A stretch of DNA of 64,000 nucleotides from Callorhinchus milii (GCF_018977255.1 NW_024704743.1:35280001-35344000); one strand, 5' to 3'; shown: positions 36,456-50,099, numbered from the stretch's first letter. Program-made: numbers and translations. The notes: generated by a model not told the origin, from the letters alone.

Positions 36456-38479
36456 TAAGTTAGCTGATTATGGAGACTGGCGAATCCCAGTCCAAAAAGT
36501 CAAAAAAAATCCATCTTGAGGTGATTCCCTATCTCACCTTACACTTTACAGTCTACAAACTGAAAGTTGCAATCAACTTATAAGCCAAACATAGAAGAAA
36601 AAAAGGTATGTTATCAAAGTATTTCTATAATTGCACATATATGAAGGTGATTCGCAAATTTCCTTATGAAACCTATTTGATGTGAGATACTATTGCAATA
36701 TTCAAAGTTTTTCTAAGTCTCTCCTTCCCTCTTTCCTTCTTCTGAAGGTGTTGATTTATGGTGAGACACACAGGCATCTAGTTTTTCATCCAAATGGCCA
36801 CTTTTCATACATGATTCTTGATAATAAGCATCAGCAGGTGATTTTCAGAACTATAGCCCAAGGTTAATGGAGTAACAAGGAAACCTCCAGTGCGGTGAGT
36901 GGGGTCAGTGCTTGACAGCCCATCGAGAGTTAAAACATTTTGGAAGCGTGTCTTCAATCTAGCCAGTTCTTAATTGAGGTTGAATTTATGATGTACAGCT
37001 GCTCTCTGTCGTCAAAAACTGTGATCCAATGTGTAAACAAAAATCTGGAAAACCCTACATACAAATCTGATTGAATTAAAGGCCATTCCCTCTCCAGCAC
37101 AGTGCATAATGCTGGTGTCAACCCTTCACCTAGATTTTAAGTCAGCAGTTCACACAAAATGTTCATTCTCTCATAATTAAGATTCCCTGATCCTTGTCTC
37201 AGCACTTGAAGCTGCCCTGAGGCAGTTATAGTTTTGATAAATGATTCTGCACTATTGATCATCTGTCGTTTTCTTATTATGCACGGTGTGGCATACTGCA
37301 TATTGTATGCCCATCATGTGGACGCAGTGCGCAGAATGACCAGTAAAATGTACCCAGCATCTGACTCTCAGGCACAGTGAGTGGATACTGCAGTCGTGCC
37401 CTACCATGTGAGCAGTGCCATTCGGGCATGGAAAATTAAACTGTAATTAAAAATTGATTAGGACAAACTGAGCAACGTGTGCCTCCACAGTACTTTCCTT
37501 TCTGATGGCCATGTTCTTAGTCTTATCCTTTTGCCGTGTTGGCTCCGCAGCCTGAAGCTGGGAGTACTTCAGTTATTGATCACAAATTTGCCTAGCGACC
37601 TCCTCCATCTGTGCACTTGTACCTGAGTTGAACATTGTGGTAATGGAAACCTGTTAAAAATATAATGGATTTGCCTAGGAATATCAAGCACGATCCCTCT
37701 ATAATGCAGGCAAATTAATTGGTTGGAAAATTTTAATCATTGATTGGGTAATACTGAACAATAAACCACAATGACAGAACAAAATAAAACACTCAACAAA
37801 AACATAGTTTTTACATAGAATGGTTAGAGTTCCAAGATGTGTTGTCTCCACAGCAGCCTTGGGACTGGATTCATTATATTCAGTGAGTAATAGCACACCG
37901 TTCTGTTTTGTTCCAATAGCGAAGCAACATGTTATGTTTGTATAAGAAGTTATTATAATAAGAATGAATGGCATGTGCTTTGGGACACTGGGATTCTGAT
38001 GTATACTTTGTAGAAAGCATTGAGTTCAAATTGGTGGTTATTAAAAGTCATATATCACTTGGATCTATCCCTGGATTTTCTGTATTAATGATTTAAACTA
38101 GAAAATGTATCTGAACTTCTTTTTCAAATGTGCAATAATGGCTTTGGGATTTGTCCTGCTGAAAATATATATATACATAGAACAGGTCAACATTTGTATG
38201 TAATTTTAGTCTGCCTGTTTTCAGATGATGTTAAAGATCCCATGACACTATTCAAAAAGTAAAGGGAGTTTCCTAGCCCGTATCCTAGCTAGCAATTCTC
38301 CACATTAACTGTTCATCCATCTCATTGCTGTTTGCGGGACCTTGCTGGCGCAAATGGCTGGGTTGTATAAGCACATATAAGTACAGAAGCCGTCACTACA
38401 CTTAACAGTAATTGCTTTAAAGCACTTTGTGGTGTTTTGCTGTGATGAGGTGTAATACAATCTACTCTCACTTCACTTC

Positions 38480-38902
38480 ACAAAATTACATTTATATAGC
38501 ACCTTTCACGTCGGGAGGACATCCCAAGGCGCTGGACAGACAGAGTTACAGACCCGAGCTGGGGGTCGGGATGGGGGAGGAGGGAGGGCTGGGGGGGGAA
38601 GCAGGGAGATCGAAAACATGTTCGAAGAGGAGGGTCTTGAAGGTGGCAAGGAAGGAGGCGAGACGGAGAGACTGAGGATGGAGTTCCAGAGGGTAGGGGC
38701 AGAGTGGCAGAAGTCCCGCCCGCTAATAGTGGAGCGAGCAAGGTGGGGAACTTGAAGGCTGGAGCCCGCTAAGCGGAGGGAGTGAACAGGTTGGTAGGGG
38801 GTTAGGAGGTCGGAGAGGTAGAGGGGAGCAAGACCATGGAGGACTTTGAAGGTGAGGACCAGGATCTTGAACTGTATCTTCTGTGTGATGGGAAGCCAGT
38901 GG
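38480..38902 (-). mobile_element. L2 3' fragment
   Basis: Translates HWLPITQKIQFKILVLTFKVLHGLAPLYLSDLLTPYQP...GRDFCHSAPTLWNS. Confidence 0.92.
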
Positions 38903-39179
38903 GCAGCACACCCTGAGGTCTGCATGGGAGTGAAAGACTAGACTACCAGAGTCCTGATATGGGGCTTGAATTCCTGCCTCGGCTCACCGATAATTACCTT
39001 CGACCACACAACAACTTGTATTTATATAGCACCCCTCATGCAGGGTAGTGTCCCAGAGCGCTTACAATAGTAGAGCACGATGCCGAGCTGGGAAGAGGGG
39101 ACCCGAGCCAGACGCTGCCGAGCCGGGGGAAGGGCCCTATAATTATCTTCCCTTTCACTCTTGCTTGGGACACTATAGA

Positions 39180-40900
39180 GTACTGGAATCATACTACAAA
39201 TGATTTGAATCATATATTTGCAGAAGCACAAACTGGGTACAGCAAAGATTTAGTTAATCTATAAACTTTCATCACAATTTGCAAACAGCAGCAATTTCAA
39301 CAAAACGGTTCTTTTGTGTTGATCAGCTTGTATTGTTCTTGGCGCCAGTGTAACTCAGCTTTGTGTTTGCGAGCGTATGAAGCATTGGATGAAAGGCCTG
39401 TCCATGTGCAACTGCATGAATAGAAATGTGGGAACTGAAAGGGTTAATTCAGCGCTGCGTCTTGGCCTGGTCTTCAACCTCAGGGACATATACAAATCTT
39501 TGGCAGCTTCTAACAAAGTAGCATTTCATCTGGTGCTATCGTGAGACATGAAGTTCTCCCTATTGTAACGCCAGTGCACAGGCTCCCTGATTCTCTATTG
39601 AAAGGGCAGGGGAGTCATTTTCATGTTGTTTCGTTCACGCCTATTGCTAGGTGATCAGAGCAGGACTGCCGTCAGCCAAGGGATCCTCCCCAAGGCGAAA
39701 AGGTGCCTGCCACCAGCTCATGAACCAAGCTTTGTCTGACACCAGAGTAGCTGGAGAATTCAGCTCACTGAGGCTGCAGTACGGTGTGGCAGATGAGCAC
39801 CACGGTTGCCATGGAGATTGCAAATACAGCTGGAAACTCAAAGAGAAAAGGGTATCTGATGAAGTAGGGGAGTTTGAATCCTGGAGCCGGGACAAGGAAT
39901 CAAAGCTCACAGTGCAAGTCCCAGATGGGGTGTAACCTTTTTATGGGGCCTTTGGAAGGAGCTACGCATTTAAAATGCTAAAGTAATGTTTTACTGCTGC
40001 CTGTTTTATTTTCTGAGCACCAGGAAAACCTGCTGTGCTGCACATCATTTATTCAGGAGTCGGTCTTTGACCACTGGGAATAACACTGCCAAGGGATTTG
40101 TCTGTAACATATGTGCTGGTGTTAATGATGCAAAAATTACCACAACAATTAGACATGGATTGCTAAAGGGAGGGTCGGAACACTCTGGCAATGTGATTAA
40201 AGCCATGTACATTACAATTAACTTTCCTCCGGCTTTATTTGCCAGCAAAGTGGGGGGGAGAGTATTGCAAGTAAAGCCGGGTGCAGCTGGTACTATCAAT
40301 TTTAATCTGACATGAAATTAATCAAACTGAAATCAATCTATTTCTTATTATGCGATTTTTGTTCCAGATTTATTTACATTTGTTTTAATCTTTTTTTGTG
40401 TGTGAGCAAAAGCTGGTGCCTTAACTAATGACACCTGTGTGGGATCCAGTGAATATTAAGGGCATGTCCTTTGTAATCCTATTTCTGGGGGTCTGGGACA
40501 CTGTTAATGTGGAATAAATGAAGTACCTGTGGTGCAAACGCTGCAGCCAATTCTCTGGTGTTTTTCAACGAATGTAGCCAAAATAAATATTTGCTTGTGA
40601 AATATGCGGCTTTCTTTTTAACTAGCTTCCCTTCACATCATTCTGTATTTTGCTAGTAATTGGTAGACCATGCATTCTGCTTCTTTACTCATTAATTCAA
40701 CTGCACATCACTAACTACTGATGGATTGTTTTTGTTTAACAAGTTTTGGATGAGGCAGTGCTGATGTATTCAGACAATCCTTCACTTACATGGTTTCCTC
40801 ACTACGGACCTCATTTGAAGATCTCTTGATGTTGTAATTGTTTTGTGACTTGAGAGCAGTAACTTAAGAGCTATTTTCTCTATCCTGAAAAAGGGCTGAT
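39180..40900. promoter_or_regulatory. Candidate conserved non-coding/enhancer block
   Basis: About 1.7 kb with no recognisable TE and many TAAT/ATTA, SOX-like (ACAAT/ATTGT) and E-box motifs. Conservation not verified. Confidence 0.35.
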
Positions 40901-41579
40901 GAAAATGTGTTTTCTGTAAATTCAGGTCCATTGTGATTATGATTCAGGTCCACATGTTAGCGTCGCTTTCAATTGGAAGCGACTAACTTGTCCAGCTTGA
41001 CATAGAATTACACAGAACATTACAGAACAGAAATGGGTCATGCCTCTCAAATAGTCTGTGGCTGTGTTTATGAGCCTTCACCTCTCCTAATCCCCTCTCC
41101 CATAACCATCTCTTCCCTTCTCCCTCATGTATTCGCTATCTGGTGCCACCTTTTTTGCATCTTTCCCTCTCACTTGTGCTGCACAGTTTATCTCTACACC
41201 TCTAAATGGGGGAAGAAGTGGCAGTGGTGTAGGGGGAGGGCATCCAATGGCAAGTGGTACCAGTGAGGTGCCATTCTAAAACTCAATCTCAGAGGGGATA
41301 TTGCTTAGGTATATAACATGCGATTGAGAAAAGGTCAGTGTTTTGGAAGGCAATGTTAGGTAGATAACAAGAAGTACAGGGCAGCCCCAATATTGAACAC
41401 CTATTAAGCTAGAGCATGGGTTCCACTATTAAAGTGGATACCCTGTGGACGTCTGGTACAGAGAGGCCAACTTCCTGTGGAAAAAAATGGCTGACTGTCA
41501 GGTTGCCATCAACAATATTTCCTACGTGCTGCGCATGCATACTAAACACAGGAAACACTGCTAACACCATTTCCTGTCC

Positions 41580-41860
41580 TCTGCATCTTCGGATGAGCCA
41601 TTAAACCGAGGTCCTTTCTTGTGTTCAAGTGGACGTTAAAGATCCCATGCCATTATTCCAAAAGAGAAGGGTTCCAGTGTTCCAGCCAGCAATCCCTCAA
41701 ATAAAATTAGCCATTCACTTCATAGTGGATTCTGGGACAGGGCTGTGTGCAAATTGGCTGCTGTTTTGACCTCCAATTATAATCATTACATTTCACAATG
41801 AATTGTGCGTAGCTCTATGAGACATTATACGGACTTGATAAGGTGCTTACATTTAAAGGC
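41580..41860 (+). mobile_element. Deu-domain SINE fragment
   Basis: ttcggatgagccattaaaccgaggtcc...gtggacgttaaagatcccatg...gctgtgtgcaaattggctgc. Confidence 0.8.
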
Positions 41861-43624
41861 AAGGACAATTAAAGCACTATTGATGCCACTCTTCAAAAGA
41901 AGTGACATCAACAATGCTTCTTGTGCATAGTCCGTAACGTGCAGGAAGTGGCGCTAATGTCAATCTAATGACCTAGACGTCATTGGACTGTTACCTTTTT
42001 TTAATGTCAGAAAGTCAGCGTAATATGCTTCCAGCATGCAGTTTCACAGGAAACTCGTACTACAAACAAGGCAGCACCATATCAAAGGGCACTAGAGCAG
42101 AGTTGCTTTTATATGTATGAACATTTCTGGTAAAGCACGCACACTCAGAGAGACACATCCCTCTTAATCTAATCATGCTTTGAGACGACTCAATGATGTG
42201 GTAAGACACTACTTCAAATACAAAGATTATTATTATGTAAAATGAAAGGCTCTATATAAAATGTAAGGATTAATATTATAGTATAACAGTAATGGAATTT
42301 GTGCAGCATGAAGGAATAATGTGTAATAATAGTTCTGATCTTGTTATAGTTGTTGTTGATAACCTTTTTTTTTAAATTCTTCCTTTACCTTCCCCAAATC
42401 CTTCTCAATTTTTTAAAAATTAAAACATGTTTAATTTCTGAATGAGTTCAATCAGAATTGCTTTGATGAAGAAATCAAGGCACTTGGACTGGTTTCAGTG
42501 TGACATTTCCAGGGGATGTTAAACACTTTGCTAATCAGTCTGTTGCACAATGGTCACTGAATACAAGATGGATCTTGATGAAAGCACTGAAGTAATCAAA
42601 CTCTGTTCTTCCTTTGACAGGTGCTATTTAATAAATAGAATAATGGTCATGTCTTCTTTCTCTCAGCACCTTGGAATGTCCTCCTGACATAAAAAGGTGT
42701 TATATAAATGCCTATAATTTGTTGTTGTTGCTGTTCAGGTGGACTTTAAGTATCCCATTGCCCTATTTGAAAAGAGAAGAGTTTCTCCCAGTGTCCTGGT
42801 CAACAATCCCCCAAATAAAATTGGTTATTTACTTCTTGGCTTTCTGTGGGTCATTGCTGTGAGTAAATTGGCTGACATTTTTGCCTACAAAATAGTTATT
42901 GTGGAGAAATAGGTAGACAGGTGGCTTTTTCCTCAGTAAATGATAGCTTTTATAGTTCATTCTGCTTTAGAGACTGAACTTAAAACTTCGCTTTTGGATT
43001 GACGTACCTGTAATTCTTTTTAAACACAGTATCTCAGCTTTAATCTTTAAAGCAAGCGCACACAACTGGTCATAAACTGCAAAACTGAGTTCTAAGGTAC
43101 TGACTAAGGAAAAGATTTGTAGGTTCGCAGTTACAAACTTTCCTAACCAGGCAGTGTTGAGGGGGCACTTATATCAACGCATTACTCTCCACCATCAAAT
43201 TTCAAACAATTCTCTGTAAATGATGTTTCCCCTAAGAGTTCTGAATGGTGGGAAGGCAGTAAATGAGTAGTTTTGTGTTGCCCTCATTCGCTGTTAAGAA
43301 GCAAATCTTTTTTTTAAAAAGAAAGTTTTTAATTATGATAGGAGATGATCGACTACTGCATACATAGATAGGTAATGCTCAGCGAGGGTGTAATAACAAG
43401 TCAGACCACTTGAAAAGTGCATTGAATCCAAAGGCCATAAAAATATATTTTTTTAAATTCTCTCCATTACTGTTCGTTTTGAAATGCTAACTTTTCTCTC
43501 CCCTCCCCCCCAAATTTTCCGTCCTGAAGCCAATGGATCCGATTGGGTGACATTCCACAGGTGTTGACCGTTTTGTGATTGGGACGAAGTAAATATGCAA
43601 AATTATAGATCTGAAAGGGGAGGG

Positions 43625-43870
43625 GAGAGAAGGAAACTCCCTTCTCTTTTTCAGTAGTGTCATGGGATCTTTAACATCCAACTGAACAGGCAGATGGAAC
43701 CCCAGAATATTGTCTCAACTGAAGGATGCATCTCCAACATTGGACCAAACCTCCAGCACTGCATTGGGATCTCAGCTTAGACGATGTGTGTTCACCTCCA
43801 GACGTGGGACTTGAACTCACAGCCTTCTGACCCAGAGGCAAGATTGCTACCAACTGAGCCAGACTGACAC
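43625..43870 (-). mobile_element. Deu-domain SINE 5' half
   Basis: Reverse of gtgtcagtctggctcagttggtagcaatcttgcctctgggtcagaaggctgtgagttcaagtccc...gatgttaaagatcccatgacact. Confidence 0.85.
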
Positions 43871-43884
43871 ATTCATGTCACCTC

Positions 43885-44300
43885 TAGCTTTGACTTCTCC
43901 ATACCCTGCTCACAGTTTCCCCAGCTTTTTCCTCCACAAGCTCCAGGTCACTCATACCTCTTCACACTGTCTTCTCCCCCACAGCAAGATGCACTAACCC
44001 TTTGCCCCTATGCTTATCCGGCTTCACTAACTCCTTATCCTCCAGCAGAAAGATTTTAAGATAATTGTCTCCATCTTCAAATTCCTTCATGGCCTTGCCC
44101 CACTTAACTATGTGATCTCTTCCAAATTCACTCTGCTCCACCACGTCTGGCCTTCTTCCTGTCCACTGCCCACTCCGCTCCACCATCAGTGGATGGGCTT
44201 TCAGACACTTTTCCCCCAGCCTCTGGAATTCTTTCAAAAAACACTTTGTCTCACCTCCTCTCTTGCTTTCAAATCCACCTGTAAACCTAATTCTATGACT
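43885..44300 (+). mobile_element. Decayed L2 3' fragment
   Basis: Pyrimidine-rich; ccttcatggccttgccc...ccaccatcagtggatgggctttcag...ctctggaattc. Confidence 0.7.
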
Positions 44301-44309
44301 GCACTCTAT

Positions 44310-44480
44310 GATTGGAACTTTCTTAAATTTTGCTTCAATTTGGAAACCAGTTATCCACAGTTCTTAGAAAGACCTGCGGAAAGCCAGTTTCACACTTGAG
44401 CCTAGGCTTAAGAATTTTCCAAACATCTGTGTTTTTAAGGCAATGGTGTTAAGACTAAGATTAGGTGGAGTTTCAGCTGA
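44310..44480. mobile_element. Palindromic MITE-like family member (partial)
   Basis: tttcttaaattttgcttcaatttggaaacc...cacttgagcctaggcttaagaattttcc, similar to the copies at 15257, 22320 and 56450. Confidence 0.5.
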
Positions 44481-45029
44481 GAAAGAACCATGACATGTAA
44501 AACTCACTTTAAGATGAGCAAGTTAATGAGATTCACAAAATGTTTCAGTTCAGTTGTTTCAGACACACACAGCTATTCCTCTCAGCCTATATTGTACTGG
44601 CCTGAGCATTTGATCATTGTTCTACCTCAGGAAAAACTTGCTGAAGACCCAATGTGTTTAACTCAAAAAAAAGCTGATCACTTGTAGATGGACAACCTCT
44701 GTCTCAGAATAGTGGATGTCCAACGTAAATCTATAGACATGTTTATAAAAAAAATAATCAATGGTCCAGCTCTCTTATCTCAATTCACTACCTTCTTGAG
44801 GAAAAGAAGCCTGAAGGAGCCTCATAGTTTGAGGCTGTCATTAAGTTTTTAAAAAAGGGGAATTGCTTGTAGAAGAATGCATTACTCTGTTGTTACATGT
44901 TTATACTTTACTTTGTATTGATAATATACATTTTGAGGATGTGACTGCTGGTGTTCCCCTGACTGTTGTTCCAATGACTTACTCCTGAGGCTTCAAATTT
45001 TACCTGCTCTTAGACCATTCAATCTTACA

Positions 45030-45455
45030 GAGAGTTACAGAGGAAAGGGGCTTAGTGGCTGAAGGCTTGGCCAGCAATGGTGGAATAGAGGAAGTGAGTA
45101 ACGAGCAATAAAGCAGAATCAGAAGAATGGTGGGCACGGGCAGGACGAGAGATTGCACAGGCTGTGAGGGGCAGGACTGTGAAGGGATTGGAAAGTCAGG
45201 TTAAGGATATTGAAGTTGATTGGCTGGGGTGCTGGAAGCTAACGGAGCCTGGCAAGGATGAGAAAATGGATGCACGGAGCCTATTGCTGGAGCAGGAACA
45301 CTGGCCTTACACCACAACTCACCTTACTTAGCCAGAGTTTCTGAAGCCAATTGTGCCCCTCTTGCCCTGAAGGGAGCAAATTTAATACAAGAGCGGTGAT
45401 CGACTGGAATCGCTCATGAATGAGGATTTGAACAGAGAGGGTGAGATAACGGTGT
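45030..45455 (-). mobile_element. Decayed L2 fragment interrupted by a locally copied segment (45289-45414)
   Basis: gtggctgaaggcttggccagcaatggtgg...ggagcctggcaaggatgag...cacggagcc, resuming atgaatgaggatttg. Confidence 0.7.
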
Positions 45456-45768
45456 AATAATAATAATAATAATCCTTGCATTTGATATAGCGCTTTTCAC
45501 ATCTTCTAGACTTCTTAAAGCGCTTCACAGAATATGCTGTAAACTGAATTGACTATATTTTGTGGGCAAAACACGGCAGCCAATTGCGCACAGCAGTGTC
45601 CCACAAACAGTCTTGGATTGAGTGACCAAATTATTATTGCTTTTTATCTTGAGGGATTATTATCAGGCGTGTGGAGTAAGAAAACTTGCCCAAGGTTTTG
45701 TCCTGTCAGGAATCAAACCCAGGTCTCTCGCTTGTGAGGTGAATGCTCTAACCACTGAGCTATAGGAC
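45456..45768 (-). mobile_element. tRNA-Ala SINE, short subfamily
   Basis: (TAA)n tail; Deu-like block; head ending aaccactgagctataggac. Confidence 0.9.
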
Positions 45769-46519
45769 ACATGTTCTGAATCCATGAGAATATCTGCCAA
45801 TTTATTAATACTTTAGGAGAGACTGGGACTCTTCAGATCATTTTAACATTTTTCTTTAATAAACTCTCTTATGTGCAAACTATGTTGTGCTGATAAACAG
45901 TTTTGCTTTCTTCTACTACTGCAAAATGAGGGAACTACTGGAACTTGAAACTAATGTACAGTATAGTAATCTAGTCAATCACATTTATGACAGATAGATA
46001 AATAATTAGCCATTATGTTACAATAAAGTTAATACATTTTTAGAGGTCTGGACTCCAAAAAGGAAAGGTCACCACATTGATTTTTGCTTTAGAAAAGGTC
46101 AGAATAAAAAACTCAAGAATTGTGTGATTGATCCGAGTAAAACTTACTGGCACAGTGTTTTTTCATGCAATGACAAAGTTGTCAGGGAACATAACTCCTT
46201 ACACAGTTCACCAGGGAAAGCTGGTCATAACATGGTATAATCACCGAGTCCAAGAGATTCAATGGGACTGAAGTTGCAGTTATCTATGATAACTTACATT
46301 TTGCACCTTGCTTTGAACTGGTATAGAATTGAATAGAACCAATAAAATAGCTGATTGCAGTTATTGAAGACTTGCCTCTTGTAGGTATTGCTTATAGTGG
46401 AAACAATTTCTTGTTCATAGACTGAAGCTGATTATGCAACATTTAATTTTGCTAAATTTTAGAGGGGAACTCCCTCCNCCCCCCCCAACTCCCCCTCTCA
46501 CTGCACCTCCAATTATCCT

Positions 46520-46839
46520 CCCTCCTTTCCTGATGGCCCTGACTCATGCTGGGGCACCAGCTGCTGCCTGGTATCTCGCCTAAGTGGTGAATCATTTGAG
46601 AATCTAGTGTGTTGGCAGACGATTTGATTGTCGAGGCTTCTCAACCAAGTGCAATGCTGTCCTCACCCAATGTTCACATGCATTTAAACCACCCATCACT
46701 GAATAACAATCAGGAGCAGGAACACTGGCCTTACACCACATCTCCCCTTTCTTAGCCAGAGTTTCTGAAGCCAATTGTGCCCCTCTTTCCCTGAGCTGCG
46801 CTAATTCAATAAAAAGAGTGGTGATCGACTGGAGTCGCT
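46520..46839 (-). mobile_element. Ancient SINE relic, AmnSINE2-like
   Basis: tgttggcagacgatttg...tgtcctcacccaatgttcac...atcaggagcaggaacactggc...gaagccaattgt resembles the reverse of the AmnSINE2-type consensus as I recall it; homologous to 53090-53440 and 53965-54210. Confidence 0.55.
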
Positions 46840-47316
46840 TTTAACTAAATAATTAAAATTATTTTTAACTAAATAATCTAGGGGAGCTCTAATACGTTTT
46901 TACAAAAATGTTGGTGCTGCTAAAAAGTCTGCCAGAAAGTATGAGGTGATATTTCCTCCAATTCTCCTCCCCTACCCTCTTTCCTTCACCATATGGGAAG
47001 CACTAGGTGCTCTTACATTATACATGTGATTGGGATTTTTCCCAGTGAAGAACTGCAGATTTAAAACTTTGCTGCACAAAGCTTTGAAGCTCCAAATCAC
47101 CTATTAAGTGTTGTTTACAATAGTATGGGTACTTTTGTTTCTCCTGCCTCTCTGTGCCCCCCCACCCCAATAACTTAATGCACGATGTTCTGTGTCACTG
47201 TGGGCAATCATATGATATTGTGTACCTACTTCCAAAAGACGTTTGACAAAATGCCGTATGAGGTACTCCTTCACAAACTGACATCACAGAGTATCAAGGG
47301 CAAGACATGGATATGG

Positions 47317-47630
47317 ATTCGTTGGGCAAGTTTCCTTACTCCACATGTCTCTGTTTACCTAGCGGTAAGTAGGTTGTAGGAACCAGGTTGTTAGTCAATT
47401 GGCGATCGCTTTTTCAGGGGTAATAATCTGTTTTAAAAATAATAATAAATTGCCCACTTAATCCAAGACTGTTTGTGGGACACTGCTGTGGGCAATTGGC
47501 TGCCTTGTTTTGCCCACAAAATATACAGTCAATTAACTTTACAGTGAAGCGCTTTGAGACGTCTCAAAGACATGATAAGGCGCTACATCAAATGCAAGGA
47601 CTAAAAAAAATGCAAGATTATTATTATTAT
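47317..47630 (+). mobile_element. tRNA-Ala SINE, long subfamily, 5'-truncated
   Basis: cgttgggcaagtttccttactccac...gattattattattat. Confidence 0.88.
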
Positions 47631-47949
47631 TTGAAATTGACTGAAGGGAAGGTAGCAGAGGACCACCGTTAGGAGAGCTAAGTCAAAAAGCAGAATATAT
47701 TAAGTAGGGTACTACGATTCTTCCTGTTCCTTGAAAACGTTAATGACCTGGATTTGCAGACTCAGTATAAGGTAGTTATATTTGCAAACGATACCAAATT
47801 TAGGGGGAACTCTGGAGGCAATCAAGGCCTTACAGAGCGAGCTTGATAGGGTAGGTACATGGGCTGCTTACTAGCAAATTAAGTTCAATTCAAATGAATG
47901 CAAACTAATACATACAGGAAGTAAAAGTAGGAGTGACATATACTTCATC

Positions 47950-49349
47950 ACTTTATCGCAAACTCAAACCCACCACCTGCTCCCTCGATCCCATCCCCAC
48001 CTCTCCCCTCACCATCAACCTCTCCCTGTCCACCGGTTCAGTTCCCACCCCCTAAAAACAGCCGTCATCACCCCATCCTGAAAAAACCTTCCCTGGATCC
48101 ATCCCTCCTCTCCAGCTACCACCCCACCTCTAACCTTCCATTCCTCTCCAAGGTCCTGGAATGAGTGTCGCGTCCCAGCTCCGCTCCTTTCTCGCCATTC
48201 CCTCTTTGAACCCCTCCAATCCGGCTTCTGCGCTGCCCACAGCACAGAAACAGCCCTGGTCAGAGTCACTAATGACATTCTGAACATCTGTGATCAGGGC
48301 TCCCTCTGCCTCCTTGTCCTGCTCGAACTCTGCCGCCTTTACACTGTCGACCACTCAATCCTCATACACCACCTCTCTTTACTTAATCTTCGCCGACCTG
48401 CCCTTGTCTGGATCGAATTCTATCTCTCTCACTGTGTCCACTTTGTTGCCTCTACCGGTTTCTCCTCCAGCCCCCGCACTGTCACGTCTGGCATCCCCAG
48501 GGCTCTGTCCTTGACCCTCTCTTCTTTAATATCTACATGCTCTCCCTTGGTGACAGCATCCACAGACATGGGGTCAACTTCCATATGTATGCAGATGACA
48601 CCCAACTCTATCTTTCTGCCTCCACCCTCAACTCCAGGGCCACTGCTGTCCTGACAGACTGCCTGTCGGACACAAGTCCTGAATGAGGTTAAGTTTTGTA
48701 CAGTTGAATGTAAACAAGACTGAGGCCCCCCTGATTGACTCCGCCACTACCTCACCCCTCAGGCCGCTGAAACTCTTGTTCATGCCTTTAACACCTCCAG
48801 GCTCGACTATGCAAATGCCCTGCTTGTCGGCCTTCCCAACTCCTCCCTCCACAGGCTGCAGATAACCCAGAACTCTGCAGCCCGTGTTCTTTCCCGCACC
48901 AAACTCCGTGACCCCATCTCCCCCATTCTCGCCCAACTTCATTGGCTCCCTATCCTTCAGAGGATCCAGTTCAAGATCCTGGTCCTCACCATCCATGGCC
49001 TCGCCCCACCCTACCTCTGCGACCTCCTAACCCCTTACCAACATGCCCGCTCCCTCCGCTCAGCCAGCTCCAGCTGGCTCCACGTCCCCCGATCCACTGG
49101 CCCCACCATTGGCGGGAGAGCCTTCAGCCATTCTCACACCAACCTCTGGAATTCCATCCCCCAATCACTCTGCCTCGCCCCCTCCTTAGCCTACTTCAAG
49201 TCCCGCCTCAAGACCCTCCTCTTCGGCCATGCCATCGGTCACTCCCCTTCCCCTCCCTTCTCCCTCCCTAACCCCAGCTTGTGTCCGAAATGCTGTACAC
49301 TGTCCAGCGCCTTGAGACGTCCTCTCGATGTGAAAGGCGCTATACAAAC
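47950..49349 (+). mobile_element. L2 LINE 3' ~1.4 kb, disrupted
   Basis: [24 protein letters not shown] and QLNVNKTE motifs; gcgccttgagacgtcctctcgatgtgaaaggcgc stem-loop and (TTG)n tail. Confidence 0.95.
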
Positions 49350-50099
49350 CTAATCTTGTTGTTGTTGTTCATGAATGTGATAGAGTTTGACAAGAGGGAA
49401 GCTGAAAGAGATGTAAGGGTGTTAGTTGACTCATCACTCAACTTGTCAAACCAATGTGAGGCAGCAATAAACAAGATGAGCAGGATGCTGGGCTACATTG
49501 CCAAATCAATTGAGTTCAGATCCTCAGAATTCATACTCAAGTTGTAGAGTACTCTGTTCAGACTGTCTACAGGTTTGTTTGCAGCAATTTAAGTGAGCTG
49601 CCGGATCTTAGAGGCATTGCAGAGGAAAACAATGCTGACGATTCCAGTGTTAGAGAAATTACTTATGAGCAAAGATTAAACAAGCTGGTGCTCTTCAGCC
49701 TTAAAAAGAGATGACCAGCTTGATTTAGAATGATATGGGATCAACATTATTGGGCTCAGGAATAAAAGAATTGGCCATATTTCCTGTGCTTGAACGCTCT
49801 CCAATTATTTTCTGGTGCAAAGAACTTATGTGGATGCCAGATGAATTCACTGTGAAATGTAAATGCCAGGTCAAGTCAGGATCTGGCTTGTTCCTGACAT
49901 TGGGAATAACCTGCACTTACTATCAGTGCTCATACATGGAAACTGACAACTTGGAGATGGTATCAGAGACTGTTGCTGCCAAACTGTGGAATAATACATT
50001 AGCAAGAGATGCCACCTTCAGGTAGCGAGGATTGGAGGGAGAAATTTAGCTGGAAAACTGGAGAAGGGAAAGAAAAACTCTTTAACAAGAATCAGTACT

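Larger units (their letters stand above)
47180..49720 (+). mobile_element. Decayed CR1 LINE RT region split by a SINE (47317-47630) and an L2 (47950-49349)
   Basis: Peptides FQKTFDKMPYEVLLHKL...IKGKTWIWI, FANDTK and AERDVRVLVDSSLNLSNQCEAAINKMSRMLGYI occur in collinear order. Confidence 0.8.

Noticed and set aside
39651..39935. 94-aa ORF following a possible acceptor (ctattgctag|gtg)
   Set aside because: It has no recognisable protein similarity and a weak pyrimidine tract, and the FARS2-compatible frame stops early. There is no support for a coding exon.
46465..46500. Poly-C tract containing an N at 46478
   Set aside because: A sequencing ambiguity in a homopolymer, not a biological feature.
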